Origin: an uncultured Campylobacter sp.
Lineage (GTDB): Bacteria > Campylobacterota > Campylobacteria > Campylobacterales > Campylobacteraceae
Direction: 5' to 3'
Length of the DNA: 64,000 nucleotides
Assembly: GCF_937973075.1 (NCBI RefSeq)
Contig: NZ_CALBWL010000051.1
Location: 8,335 to 72,334 of the forward strand
Positions 9,381 through 19,432 of the stretch are shown here, in pieces. Each line of letters starts with the position of its first letter. Position 1 is the first letter of the stretch. The notes beneath the pieces were generated by a model. That model was not told the DNA's origin. It saw nothing but the letters and a program-made list of their open reading frames with translations, and searched no databases. Made by a program: the position numbers and the translations under genes.

Positions 9381-10787
9381 CTATTTTTTGCTCATATGTG
9401 GGTTGAGCATAGATTTAGGCTCTAGGATCTTATCGATCTCCTCTTTTTTCAAATATCCGCGCTCTAAGCAGATTTCGCCTACGGATTTGCCTGTTTGCAA
9501 CGCCTCTTTGGCGATACTTGCGGATTTTTCGTAGCCGATGTAGGGATTAAACGCCGTAACGATACCGACAGAATTTAGCACCGATTTTAGGCAAGCTTCA
9601 GGATTTGCCTTTAGATGTTTGATAGCTTTTTCGGCTAGTGTATTCATCGCATTTTCTAAAAGCACGATCGAGTTAAATAACGCATATGCGATGCCAGGCT
9701 CGAACGCATTTAGCTCAAATTCTCCGCGTTCGGAGCAAAGCATGATCGTAACGTCGTTGCCGATAACTTCATAGCATGCCTCGCCTACGACCTCGGCGAT
9801 GACTGGATTTACTTTGCCCGGCATGATGGAGCTGCCCGGTTGCATCTTAGGAAGCTCTATTTCGCCTAGTCCGCATCTAGGACCGGAGTTCATAAGACGT
9901 AGGTCGTTTGCGATTTTGCTTAGGCGGACGGCTGCTGTTTTTAACGCGCCGCTAACGTGGACGAAGTCCGCGGTGTCTTGTGTAGCGGCGATGAAATCCT
10001 CTGCGGCTTTAAATTTAACGCCGGTGATTTCGCCCAGTTTTTTCTCGACTACGTTTTTATAATCAGGGTGGCAGTTGATGCCCGTACCAATCGCCGTAGC
10101 GCCCATATTTAGGTAAGTCATAGACTCCCTAGCGGCTTTGATAAGCGCGATATCGGTTTTGATGTAGGTAGCAAAAGCATTGAAAGTGTTTCCAAGAGTA
10201 GTAGGAACGGCGTCCTCAAGCTCTGTCCTTCCCATTTTGATGACATCTTTGTATTCTTTGGCTTTAACTTCAAGCTCTTTTTTCAAATTTTCCATAGCTT
10301 TTAGTAGATCGGTTAGCTTGGCGTAAGCGGCGACTTTGATCGAGCTAGGATAGGTATCGTTGGTGCTTTGACCCAAATTTGTGTGATCGTTTGGATGAAG
10401 GTATTGGTATTCGCCCTTTTTATGTCCCATGCTCTCCAAAGCTATATTGGTAATGACCTCGTTGGTATTCATATTCGTTGAAGTTCCGGCGCCGCCTTGG
10501 ATCATATCGACTACGAATTGATCTCTAAACTCTCCTGCGATAAGTCTGTCGCAAGCTTTTGCAATCGCATCGGCTTTTTGTGCGTCTAGGACTCCGACCT
10601 CTTTATTGGCTAGCGCAGCTGCTTTTTTGATTTGTGCAAATGCTTTGATAAAAAACGGATAGTCTTTGAGTGCTCGTCCGCTTAGGTGGAAGTTCTCTAG
10701 TGCCCTAAATGTTTGCACACCGTAGTAAAAATCGTCGGAAATTTCTAATTCACCGATGAAATCGTGTTCTTTTCTGGTCTTTGCCAT
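9381..10787 (-). CDS. aspA: Aspartate ammonia-lyase
   Basis: 468 aa. Fumarate-lyase signature GSSIMPGKVNP. Aspartase-like N-terminus (RKEHDFIGE..YYGVQT). Confidence 0.95.
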   Translation of the reverse strand: MAKTRKEHDFIGELEISDDFYYGVQTFRALENFHLSGRALKDYPFFIKAFAQIKKAAALANKEVGVLDAQKADAIAKACDRLIAGEFRDQFVVDMIQGGAGTSTNMNTNEVITNIALESMGHKKGEYQYLHPNDHTNLGQSTNDTYPSSIKVAAYAKLTDLLKAMENLKKELEVKAKEYKDVIKMGRTELEDAVPTTLGNTFNAFATYIKTDIALIKAARESMTYLNMGATAIGTGINCHPDYKNVVEKKLGEITGVKFKAAEDFIAATQDTADFVHVSGALKTAAVRLSKIANDLRLMNSGPRCGLGEIELPKMQPGSSIMPGKVNPVIAEVVGEACYEVIGNDVTIMLCSERGEFELNAFEPGIAYALFNSIVLLENAMNTLAEKAIKHLKANPEACLKSVLNSVGIVTAFNPYIGYEKSASIAKEALQTGKSVGEICLERGYLKKEEIDKILEPKSMLNPHMSKK

Positions 10788-11101
10788 AATAAGTCCTTTC
10801 GTTGAAATTGTTAATGGAATTTTAAAGCTTTTAGTATTAAAAGTAGCTTAAAACGTAACGAAAAATTAAAATTTAGAAATTAGTATGATTGTTTAAGGCT
10901 TTAAATAGAATTTTACTTAAAAATATTTTGGAATTCGCTACTAAGGCATAATTACACTTTAATAGAAATATCGTATCGCACGCAGATTATGAAAGTGGAA
11001 TTATAAAAATTCTTGTTTAGCTTAAATTATAATTTGAAAAATTTGAAGTTAAAGGCGGTAAAATGGAATTTTTCATTGTATTTATATTTACTAGAACGGA
11101 G

Positions 11102-11701
11102 CTATCTTTTGCGTTTTATAAAATAAACATATAGAAGCGAGATTATAATGACGATGGCGAACAAAGCGATCGTAATTAGATGCAGATCTTGCTTGATTAG
11201 CTCCTCGTTTTCGCCGATGAAATATCCTAAGCTCATCAGTATTAATGTCCAAATCGCAGCTCCAAGCCCGGTAAATAGCACGAAGCGCGCGACATTCATC
11301 TTTGCAAGCCCCGCAGGAAGGCTGATGTATTGACGAATACCTGGGATTAGGCGGCAGTTAAACGTTGAAATTTCGCCATGGCGGTTAAAAAAAGCTTCGA
11401 ATTTTGCAAATTTCTCCTCGGTGATGCCTACGTATTTGCCGTATTTAGCGATAATCTTACGTCCAAAAAAGTAGCATAGATAGTAATTAAACAGCGCGCC
11501 GGTGATGCTGCCGCCAAGCCCACAAACAAATGCTAGAACAAAGCTCATCTGCGATTTTGAGGCCAGATAGCCTGCAGGGATCATCACGACTTCACTTGGG
11601 AAAGGAAAGAAGCTGCTTTCTAAAAACATCATCATAAAAATGCCAAGGTATCCCCAACCTGCGACAAATTCTACGATAAAATTTACGATATTAGAAAGCA
11701 T
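11102..11701 (-). CDS. DedA-family membrane protein
   Basis: I moved the start to MLSNIVNF, which follows AAGGAA. LESSFFPFPSEVVMIPAGY is the DedA/SNARE-associated motif. Confidence 0.8.
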   Translation of the reverse strand: MLSNIVNFIVEFVAGWGYLGIFMMMFLESSFFPFPSEVVMIPAGYLASKSQMSFVLAFVCGLGGSITGALFNYYLCYFFGRKIIAKYGKYVGITEEKFAKFEAFFNRHGEISTFNCRLIPGIRQYISLPAGLAKMNVARFVLFTGLGAAIWTLILMSLGYFIGENEELIKQDLHLITIALFAIVIIISLLYVYFIKRKR

Positions 11702-11874
11702 TTGAATTCCTTGATTTAATGTGTAAAAACCGGCTGTACTTACAATTCCGCGAAATTTAGCATCGGTAGAGCGAATAAATTTAGAATTTAACAATCCGAC
11801 GATATAAGAGTGATCTTAAAATTTCACAAAATTTAGCGTATATAAAACAAAAGCGCGGGCTAAAATTTATTCTT

Positions 11875-11900
11875 GCAAGTTACTGCCGCAGCGAACTTGC
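11875..11900 (-). terminator. Hairpin downstream of the PPIase gene
   Basis: GCAAGTT-12 nt-AACTTGC stem-loop about 40 nt after the stop. The U-tract is poor. Confidence 0.3.
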
Positions 11901-11936
11901 ATATAAATTTAATAGTCTCGCGCCTTAAAATTAAAA

Positions 11937-12761
11937 CTATTTTGCGTATTCGATGTTTAGTTTGCCGAATAGCTCATTAGCCTTGTCATCGATTTTTTTG
12001 TTTACTTTGCTTGGAAGTAATTGATTTTTGATGAGATCTTTTACTTTTTCAAACGGCATAGTCTCAGCCTTTTTGCTGCTTTCTTTGTAGATTACATGAT
12101 ATCCGAATTGCGTCTTTACCGGCGTTTTGCTCATCTCACCATCTTTTAGCGCAAACGCCGCTTTTTCAAACTCCGGCACCATCATTCCTTTGCCAAAAGA
12201 GCCCAAATCACCACCGTTTTCTTTAGCACTTGGATCGATTGAAATTTCTTTGGCTAGCTTATTAAATTCCTCTTTTAAATTCTCTTTTTTGACTTTTGAT
12301 AGCTTCGCAATCGCGTTTTTAGCAGCCTTTTCGTCTGCTACTAAGATATGGCTTGCGGTAACGGAATCTGGTTGCATGAAATTTTGTTTATTTTCATCAT
12401 AAATTTTTTTAGCTTCCTCGTCGCTGATGCTTACGCCCTTGGCCTCTTCGCGTTGCCATAGATTAAATGCGATGCCATCTTTAGCAAGCTCTAGCTGATG
12501 CTTATATTCGTCGCTGTTTTCAATGCCTGATTTTTTCGCCTCTGCGATTAGAAGTTTGTATTTGATTAGATCATCGATTAGTTTTTTCTTCTCATCGGCG
12601 GTCGGTTCCTGTCCGCCGTGCTGCATACCTTGAGCTAAAAACGGTGCAACATCCTCATCTGTAATAGTGATATTCGCGTCTTTTGCAGTAGCCAAAACGC
12701 CTGCATTAAGCGAAGATATAGCCATAGCGGCAACAAAGCTGAAAGATAAAATTCTTTTCAT
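11937..12761 (-). CDS. peb4: Periplasmic parvulin-type peptidyl-prolyl isomerase (PEB4/Cbf2-like)
   Basis: 274 aa with a signal peptide. ASHILV..SIDPSAKENGGDLG..TQFGYHVIY closely parallels C. jejuni PEB4. Confidence 0.85.
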   Translation of the reverse strand: MKRILSFSFVAAMAISSLNAGVLATAKDANITITDEDVAPFLAQGMQHGGQEPTADEKKKLIDDLIKYKLLIAEAKKSGIENSDEYKHQLELAKDGIAFNLWQREEAKGVSISDEEAKKIYDENKQNFMQPDSVTASHILVADEKAAKNAIAKLSKVKKENLKEEFNKLAKEISIDPSAKENGGDLGSFGKGMMVPEFEKAAFALKDGEMSKTPVKTQFGYHVIYKESSKKAETMPFEKVKDLIKNQLLPSKVNKKIDDKANELFGKLNIEYAK

Positions 12762-12875
12762 TATTTTTCCTTTACTCGGTAAATTTCGCGCAATTATAAA
12801 AAAAGATAGTAAATAAAATAGCGAATGCCAGCAAATTCGGCGCGAATCGTGCGCCGAATTTTAAAAAGAGAGGAG

Positions 12876-13652
12876 TTAAAACGATGGAATGATTGCGCCT
12901 TTATATTGCGTCTCGATGAATTTTTTCACTTTCTCGCTTTGAATTGCTTTATCTAGCGCCTTGATTTTAGGGCTGTTTTCGTTGCCTTCTTTAACGCTAA
13001 TAACATTTGTGTAAGGGTTGCCCTCAGCCTTTTCTAAAAATAGCGAATCCTTGATTGGGTTTAAATTTGCGTTAAAGGCAAAATTTGAGTTGATAACCGC
13101 AATATCGACATCGCCCAGGGTGCGTGGAAGCGCGGCGCCTTCAAGCTCTAAAATTTCTAAATTTTTAGGATTTTTCGTGACATCTAGCGGCGTGCGAAGC
13201 TTAGCGTTTTGATCTACTTCGATGAGCCCTGCGGCTACGAGCAGATCAAGAGCGCGGCTTTCGTTAGTCGGATCGTTCGGCACGGCAACTTTGGCACCGT
13301 TTTTAAGATCTTTTAAATTTTTAATCTTATGGCTGTAGATGCCCATCGGCTCTAAGTGCACACCCACGGTCGCTTTTAACTTCGTGCCTTTATTAGCGTT
13401 AAATTCCTCCATATATGGCACGTGCTGGAAAAATCCCGCATCCACGTCGCCGCTATCAGTAGCGAGGTTAGGGGTTACGTAGTCGTTGAAAACCTTGACC
13501 TCAAGATCGTAGCCTTGGGCTTTTAGATCAGGCTTAATCTGCTCTAAAATTTCGGCATGCGGTATCGGAGTAGCGGCGACTACGATTTTTTCGGCAAGAG
13601 CGAAGCTGACGACGCTGGCGCTAAGAAGCGAAGCGAGAAGAAATTTCTTCAT
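12876..13652 (-). CDS. metQ: MetQ/NlpA-family methionine-binding protein
   Basis: 258 aa with a signal peptide. NlpA-family motifs present (FNDYVTPN, FQHVPYM, AVPNDPTNESRAL). Confidence 0.85.
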   Translation of the reverse strand: MKKFLLASLLSASVVSFALAEKIVVAATPIPHAEILEQIKPDLKAQGYDLEVKVFNDYVTPNLATDSGDVDAGFFQHVPYMEEFNANKGTKLKATVGVHLEPMGIYSHKIKNLKDLKNGAKVAVPNDPTNESRALDLLVAAGLIEVDQNAKLRTPLDVTKNPKNLEILELEGAALPRTLGDVDIAVINSNFAFNANLNPIKDSLFLEKAEGNPYTNVISVKEGNENSPKIKALDKAIQSEKVKKFIETQYKGAIIPSF

Positions 13653-13885
13653 ATTTAATCCTTTTGGTTAAAATTTCGCGGTATTATAGCAGGTAGAATT
13701 TTTAATGTCAAGTGTTTTTATATGATTTTTTAAAATTTTATCTAAAATATTCTAAAATTCGATATTTTTACATATATTTAAATACTACATTTTATTGTAT
13801 AATGCAGAATTGGCACGCTTTAATGAGCGCTTTACATAAATTCCGCTAAAATCGCAAAATTTAAAATTTTAAAAAAAGGCTAAAG

Positions 13886-16501
13886 ATGGCAGATTTTTAC
13901 GACGCGAAAGCCGTAGAGGAGAGCTTTTATAAAATTTGGGAGCAGCGCGGTTATTTCGAGATCGACGGCAATAAAGATATCCAGCAAAAAGGCAAAAACT
14001 TTTGCATTATGATGCCCCCTCCTAACGTCACCGGAGTGCTTCATATCGGGCACTCGCTCACTTTTACGTTGCAAGACATAATGACGCGATACAAGCGAAT
14101 GGACGGCTACCGCACGCTGTGGCAGCCGGGGCTTGATCACGCAGGCATTGCAACGCAAAACGTCGTCGAGCGCGAGCTTTTGGCGCAAGGGATCAAAAAA
14201 GAAGAGATAGGGCGCGAGGAGTTTTTAAAGCACGTTTGGCACTGGAAGGAGCAAAGCGGCGGGCAGATCGTAAGGCAGATGAAGCGCCTGGGCGTCACGC
14301 CTGCGTGGAGCAGACAGCGCTTTACTATGGATGAGGGGCTTAAAAACGCCGTGCGCAAAGCATTCGTAAGCTTATACGACGCGGGACTAATCGTACGCGG
14401 AAACTACATGGTAAACTGGTGCACGCACGACGGCGCACTAAGCGACGTGGAGGTCGAGCACAAGGAGAACAAGGGCAAGCTTTATTATCTGCGTTATTAC
14501 TTTTCGGACGCGCAAGATAAATTTATCGTAGTGGCTACTACGCGACCCGAGACCTACTTCGGCGATACTGCGGTGATGGTAAATCCCGCGGACGAACGCT
14601 ATAAAAATTGGATCGGCAAAAAGCTCGTGCTGCCGCTAATCGGCCGCGAGATAGAGATCATCGCCGACGAATACGTCGATATGAGCTTCGGAACGGGCGC
14701 CGTAAAGGTCACTCCCGCGCACGATACCAACGACTACGAGGTCGGCAAGCGCCACGAGCTGGAGTTTATCACTGTTTTTGACGAAAAAGGAATTTTAAAC
14801 GAGCAGTGCGGTAAATTTAATGGTTTAGAGCGACTTGCTGCGCGCGATCAGATCGTAGCGGAGCTTGATCGGCTGGGCTTTATCGAAAAAATCGAGGACT
14901 ACGAAAATCAAGTCGGCTACTGCTACCGCTGCAAAAACGTCGTCGAGCCGTACATCTCGCAGCAGTGGTTCGTGCGCGCAGATATCGCAAAAGATGCGAT
15001 CTCTAAGGTAAATTCCGGCGAGGCGGAATTTTTCCCGAAGCACTGGATCAATAGCTTCAACGCCTGGATGCGCGAGCTGAAGGATTGGTGTATCAGCCGC
15101 CAGCTGTGGTGGGGGCATAGAATTCCCGTGTTTTACTGCGACTGCGGCCATCAGTGGGCGGATGAGCGAGAGAGCCCCGATGTCTGCCCGAAATGCGGCG
15201 GTAAAAATTTTACTCAAGATCCCGACGTGCTCGATACGTGGTTTTCAAGCGGTCTTTGGCCGATCAGTACGCTTGGCTGGGGCAACGGCGAGGCGCTGAA
15301 AAACGAGAAGTGGTTTGAGGGCGATTTGGCGGAATTCTATCCCAATACGATGCTGATTACCGGCTTTGACATTTTGTTTTTCTGGGTCGCGCGCATGATG
15401 TTTCAGTGCCAAAACGCCATGGGCGAGCTGCCGTTTCGCGACATCTATCTGCATGCCTTAGTTAAGGACAAAGACGGCAAAAAGATGAGCAAATCGAGCA
15501 AAAACGTAGTCGATCCGCTGCTAAAAATCGATGAATTTAGCGCCGATATTTTGCGCTTTACGCTTACGATTTTGTGCGTGCAGGGGCGCGATCTGCGCCT
15601 TAGCGACGATAAGCTTTTGATATATCGAAATTTTACGAACAAGCTTTATAACGCGAGCAAATTTTTGCTTTTAAACGCTTCTAAATTCGACGATTTAGAC
15701 GCGGCGCAGATCAAAACGAGCCTCGGCAAATATATGCTTTCGCGCTTTAATTGCTGCGTGAGCGCGGTGCGGGAAAATTTAGACGAATACCGCTTCAACG
15801 ACGCTGCGACCGAGCTTTATAAGTTTTTTTGGGACGAGTTTTGCGACTGGGGCATTGAGCTTAGCAAGGCGGACAAGGCCGCGATCGGTGAGCTAGGGAT
15901 GATTTTTAAAGAAGCGATGAAGCTACTAAGCCCATTTATGCCGTTTCTAAGCGAGTATCTTTATCAGGAGCTAAGCGGCACGAAGCTACAAGACGCGCGC
16001 TCCATCATGGTGATGCGATACCCGCAGCCTGGCGAGCGCAACGAGCGGATCGAGGAGCTATTTTCGCTCGTTATTGAAGCGATCGTTAGCATTCGCCGCG
16101 CAAAGGCGACGATCGAGCTCGGCAATGCGCGCGTAGCCAAAGCCTACGTCAAATCTGCAGTCGATCTAAGCGCCGCCGCAGACTACATTAAAACGCTTGC
16201 CAAGGTAGATGAAGTGGAATTTACGCAGCAAAATATCACAAATTCCGCCCGCGACGTAAGCGAGAGACTAGAAACTTTCGTACCGCTTGATGGAGTTGAT
16301 CTTAGCGGCGTGGTTTCGCGCCTTAGCGCGCAAAAAGCGAAGTTGCAAAAAGAGATCGAAAAGCTCTCTGCGATGCTAGACAATGAAAAATTTATCTCCT
16401 CCGCGCCCGCTGACGTCGTCACCGCAAACCGCGAAGGGTTGCAAAGCGCGCAGGAAAAATTCGCCAAAGTATGCGACGAGCTAAAGGCGTTTGACGAGTA
16501 G
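13886..16501 (+). CDS. valS: Valine--tRNA ligase
   Basis: 871 aa. HIGH-type motif (PNVTGVLHIGH), KMSKS, and a C-terminal coiled coil. Confidence 0.97.
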   Translation: MADFYDAKAVEESFYKIWEQRGYFEIDGNKDIQQKGKNFCIMMPPPNVTGVLHIGHSLTFTLQDIMTRYKRMDGYRTLWQPGLDHAGIATQNVVERELLAQGIKKEEIGREEFLKHVWHWKEQSGGQIVRQMKRLGVTPAWSRQRFTMDEGLKNAVRKAFVSLYDAGLIVRGNYMVNWCTHDGALSDVEVEHKENKGKLYYLRYYFSDAQDKFIVVATTRPETYFGDTAVMVNPADERYKNWIGKKLVLPLIGREIEIIADEYVDMSFGTGAVKVTPAHDTNDYEVGKRHELEFITVFDEKGILNEQCGKFNGLERLAARDQIVAELDRLGFIEKIEDYENQVGYCYRCKNVVEPYISQQWFVRADIAKDAISKVNSGEAEFFPKHWINSFNAWMRELKDWCISRQLWWGHRIPVFYCDCGHQWADERESPDVCPKCGGKNFTQDPDVLDTWFSSGLWPISTLGWGNGEALKNEKWFEGDLAEFYPNTMLITGFDILFFWVARMMFQCQNAMGELPFRDIYLHALVKDKDGKKMSKSSKNVVDPLLKIDEFSADILRFTLTILCVQGRDLRLSDDKLLIYRNFTNKLYNASKFLLLNASKFDDLDAAQIKTSLGKYMLSRFNCCVSAVRENLDEYRFNDAATELYKFFWDEFCDWGIELSKADKAAIGELGMIFKEAMKLLSPFMPFLSEYLYQELSGTKLQDARSIMVMRYPQPGERNERIEELFSLVIEAIVSIRRAKATIELGNARVAKAYVKSAVDLSAAADYIKTLAKVDEVEFTQQNITNSARDVSERLETFVPLDGVDLSGVVSRLSAQKAKLQKEIEKLSAMLDNEKFISSAPADVVTANREGLQSAQEKFAKVCDELKAFDE

Positions 16502-16541
16502 TCCGCTCATTTGAGTCTAAATTTAAATCAAGGAGAAAAAT

Positions 16542-16688
16542 ATGTCAAAAGGTAGTATCGGTGGATTTACATTAGGCACGGTCATAGCCGTCGCACTATC
16601 ATGGGGAGTCAATAAAAGCATAATGTGGGCGATAATCCACGGATTTTTAAGTTGGTTATACGTGATTTATTATTTCCTACTGAGGTAA
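16542..16688 (+). CDS. Small (48-aa) two-helix membrane protein
   Basis: Below the ORF-track cutoff. AAGGAGAAAAATATG start. Product MSKGSIGGFTLGTVIAVALSWGVNKSIMWAIIHGFLSWLYVIYYFLLR. Followed by a GC hairpin. Confidence 0.5.
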   Translation: MSKGSIGGFTLGTVIAVALSWGVNKSIMWAIIHGFLSWLYVIYYFLLR

Positions 16689-16696
16689 AATTTTAT

Positions 16697-16714
16697 CGGC
16701 GGCGCGCCGTTTTA
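16697..16714 (+). terminator. Short GC hairpin plus T run
   Basis: CGGCG-GCG-CGCCG followed by TTTTA, immediately after the small ORF. Confidence 0.35.
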
Positions 16715-16746
16715 CGCGCTAAATTTTAAAATTTGAAGGATAAAAA

Positions 16747-17733
16747 ATGAGCGAAAAAATAAAAATAGCGGTTTTGGGATATGGAAATTTAGGTCGCGGC
16801 GTAGAGCTTGTCGCGCGAAATAGCAAGGATTTAGAGCTTTCGGCGGTGTTTTCTCGCCGTGAGCCGCACAGCGTGCAAACATGCGGTGCGCCGGTATTCA
16901 GCGCGGATGAAATTTTATCGCACAAGGGCGAATTCGACGTTTTAGTTCTTTGCGGCGGCAGCGCGACCGATCTACCGACTCAGACGCCAGAATTTGCGCG
17001 GAGCTTTAACGTCGTTGATAGCTTCGATACGCACGCAAAAATCCCGGAGCACTTCGCCGCGGTAGACGCCGCCGCCAAAGCGGGCGGAAATGTAGGCATC
17101 ATCGCCGTTGGCTGGGATCCGGGTCTGTTTTCGTTAAATAGACTATTTGGCGAAAGCGTGCTGGAAAACGGCAGCAGCTACACGTTTTGGGGTAAAGGCG
17201 TGAGCCAGGGCCACTCCGACGCTATCCGCAGGATCGAGGGCGTCGTGGACGCACGCCAATACACCGTGCCGATAGAAAGCGCTCTTGAGCGAGTTCGCGC
17301 GGGCGAAAACCCGAGACTTAACACGCGCGAAAAACACCTGCGCGAGTGCTACGTAGTGTCCGAGGATGGCGCCGATAAAGCGCGCATCGAGCGTGAGATA
17401 AAAACGATGCCGAATTACTTCGCCGATTACGACACGAGCGTGCATTTCATAGATCTTGCGACGCTTAAAAAAGAGCACGGCGGCATCCCTCACGGAGGAT
17501 TCGTTTTGCGAAGCGGAGCGACTGGCGAGCGCGGCGAAAATAAACACCTGATCGAGTTTTCGCTAAAGCTTGACTCAAATCCCGAATTTACCGCAAGCGT
17601 ACTAGTAGCCTACGCCCGCGCGGCGTATCGCCTAGCGCAAAGAGGCGAAAGTGGCGCGTTTAGCGTATTTGACATCGCTCCGGCGCTTATTTCGCCAAAG
17701 AGCGCAGATGAGCTAAGGCGCGAAATTTTATAA
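16747..17733 (+). CDS. ddh: meso-Diaminopimelate D-dehydrogenase
   Basis: 328 aa. The N-terminus IKIAVLGYGNLGRGVE..VFSRR parallels Corynebacterium Ddh. GVSQGHSDA is also present. Confidence 0.85.
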   Translation: MSEKIKIAVLGYGNLGRGVELVARNSKDLELSAVFSRREPHSVQTCGAPVFSADEILSHKGEFDVLVLCGGSATDLPTQTPEFARSFNVVDSFDTHAKIPEHFAAVDAAAKAGGNVGIIAVGWDPGLFSLNRLFGESVLENGSSYTFWGKGVSQGHSDAIRRIEGVVDARQYTVPIESALERVRAGENPRLNTREKHLRECYVVSEDGADKARIEREIKTMPNYFADYDTSVHFIDLATLKKEHGGIPHGGFVLRSGATGERGENKHLIEFSLKLDSNPEFTASVLVAYARAAYRLAQRGESGAFSVFDIAPALISPKSADELRREIL

Positions 17734-17777
17734 ATTTTTGGGGGCGCTTCGGCGGAATTATGAACGAGGAAATCTGA

Positions 17778-18767
17778 GTGATAAAGATAGAGAATTTAAA
17801 GAAATTTTACGGCAAAACCTGCGTGATTGACGATGTGAGCCTGGAAGTAAAGCAGGGTGAAATTTTTGCTATCGTCGGCCGCAGCGGCGCGGGTAAAAGC
17901 ACTCTGCTGCGCTGCATAAACGGCCTTGAGGACTATCAAGAAGGAAGCCTCAAAGTAGAGGGCAGGGAGGTAAGAGAGCTAAACGCCGCTCAGATCCGCG
18001 AGCTGCGCAAAAATATCGGTATGATTTTTCAGCACTTCGCGCTTATGAGCCGCCGCACCGTCGCGCAAAACGTCGCCACGCCGTTAGCATTTTGGGGCTA
18101 TTCGAAGGACCATACAAAGAGCCGCGTCGCCGAGCTTTTGGAGCTCGTGGGGCTTGCAGATAAAGCAAATGCCTATCCTAGCGAGCTTAGCGGCGGACAG
18201 AAGCAGCGCGTGGCGATCGCGCGCGCGCTTGCATTAAGCCCTAAAATTTTGCTTTCCGACGAGGCGACCTCGGCGCTTGATCCTAACACTACCGCTCAAA
18301 TTTTATCGCTTCTGCGCCGCATCAATCGCGAGCTAGGCATCACGATCGTGCTCGTCACGCACGAGATGGAGGTCGTAAAGGGCATCGCGCAGCGAGCGAT
18401 CCTGCTTAAGGGCGGGCGCGTGAGCAACTCGGGCGATATCGTCTCACTGTTTTTGCACCCGGATGAGAATATGAAGGAGTTTTTGGGCGAGGAGGAGGTG
18501 CTGCCTGCAAGCGGCGTGAATATCAGGCTCTTTTTCCCGCCCGCGGTCGCGTTTGACAGCGTGATCACGCATATGGCGCGCGCTTTGGAGATAAATTTTA
18601 ATATCGTCTGGGGCAAGCTCGAGCGCCTTGATAAAAACGTCGTCGGAAGCCTCGTGATCAACGTAGAGCCCGCATACGTCGCGCGCGTGGAGGAGTTTAT
18701 CAAAAACGCGGGCGTGATCTATGAGATCGTAAGCGAGGATGAGATCAAAAGCTGCGCCGCGATCTAG
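17778..18767 (+). CDS. metN: Methionine ABC transporter ATP-binding protein
   Basis: GTG start after GAGGAA. Walker [10 protein letters not shown], signature LSGGQKQR, Walker B LLSDE, and a C-terminal NIL-type domain. Confidence 0.9.
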   Translation: MIKIENLKKFYGKTCVIDDVSLEVKQGEIFAIVGRSGAGKSTLLRCINGLEDYQEGSLKVEGREVRELNAAQIRELRKNIGMIFQHFALMSRRTVAQNVATPLAFWGYSKDHTKSRVAELLELVGLADKANAYPSELSGGQKQRVAIARALALSPKILLSDEATSALDPNTTAQILSLLRRINRELGITIVLVTHEMEVVKGIAQRAILLKGGRVSNSGDIVSLFLHPDENMKEFLGEEEVLPASGVNIRLFFPPAVAFDSVITHMARALEINFNIVWGKLERLDKNVVGSLVINVEPAYVARVEEFIKNAGVIYEIVSEDEIKSCAAI

Positions 18768-19198
18768 GTGCGATTTCGCGCCCTGTGCGCTTGCGCCGCA
18801 CTAAATTTAAGGGCTTACGCGGCATGGCGAATTTAAAAGCTCGCGTGAGGTCGCGAACTCAAAGGCTGGCTCGGCGTTTTGGATTTGACGTGCGCGTCGT
18901 GGCATAATAAATTTAATCAGTTTCGCCAGCGGTTTAAATTTTTATCTCGCCGCGGTAAAGCAAGCTCGGCGATGCGCTGTTGGCGTGCGCTCTGGCTAGC
19001 TTTGATTCGCGTTTAGAATTCGACTAGCCATAGCGAGGCGATTTAAATTTCAGGGATCGCGACCGACCGAGCGCATTTAAGCCGCGCCGCGTTTGAAATT
19101 ACAGGCGTTTAAATTTAAATTTGAATTTTTTTGAAATTTCACACATACTTCACTTTTGCGGAAGTATAATTCCGCTAATTTCTTTTAAGGAGTACGTA

Positions 19199-19432
19199 AT
19201 GAAAAAACTTACTTTGTTTGCGCTTAGTGCGCTATTTGCTGGCACTTTTGCCGTAGCTGCCGACATGGGCATGAAAGATGAGATGAAGGACGCCAATACA
19301 TCAATGCATAATGGTGCGAAAGAGATGAAGGGCGACATGAAAGATATGCACAAGGATGCTATGAAAGAGGGTAAACATATGAAGGATGAGATGAAAGGCG
19401 AAATGAAAAAAGAGATGAAAAAAGAGATGTAG
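19199..19432 (+). CDS. Secreted Met/Lys-rich repeat peptide (77 aa)
   Basis: I placed the start at MKKLTLFALSALFAGTFAVAA, which follows AAGGAG. The mature part is MKDEMK/MKGDMK/MKKEMK repeats. The stop overlaps the GTG of the downstream response regulator (TAGTG). Confidence 0.65.
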   Translation: MKKLTLFALSALFAGTFAVAADMGMKDEMKDANTSMHNGAKEMKGDMKDMHKDAMKEGKHMKDEMKGEMKKEMKKEM

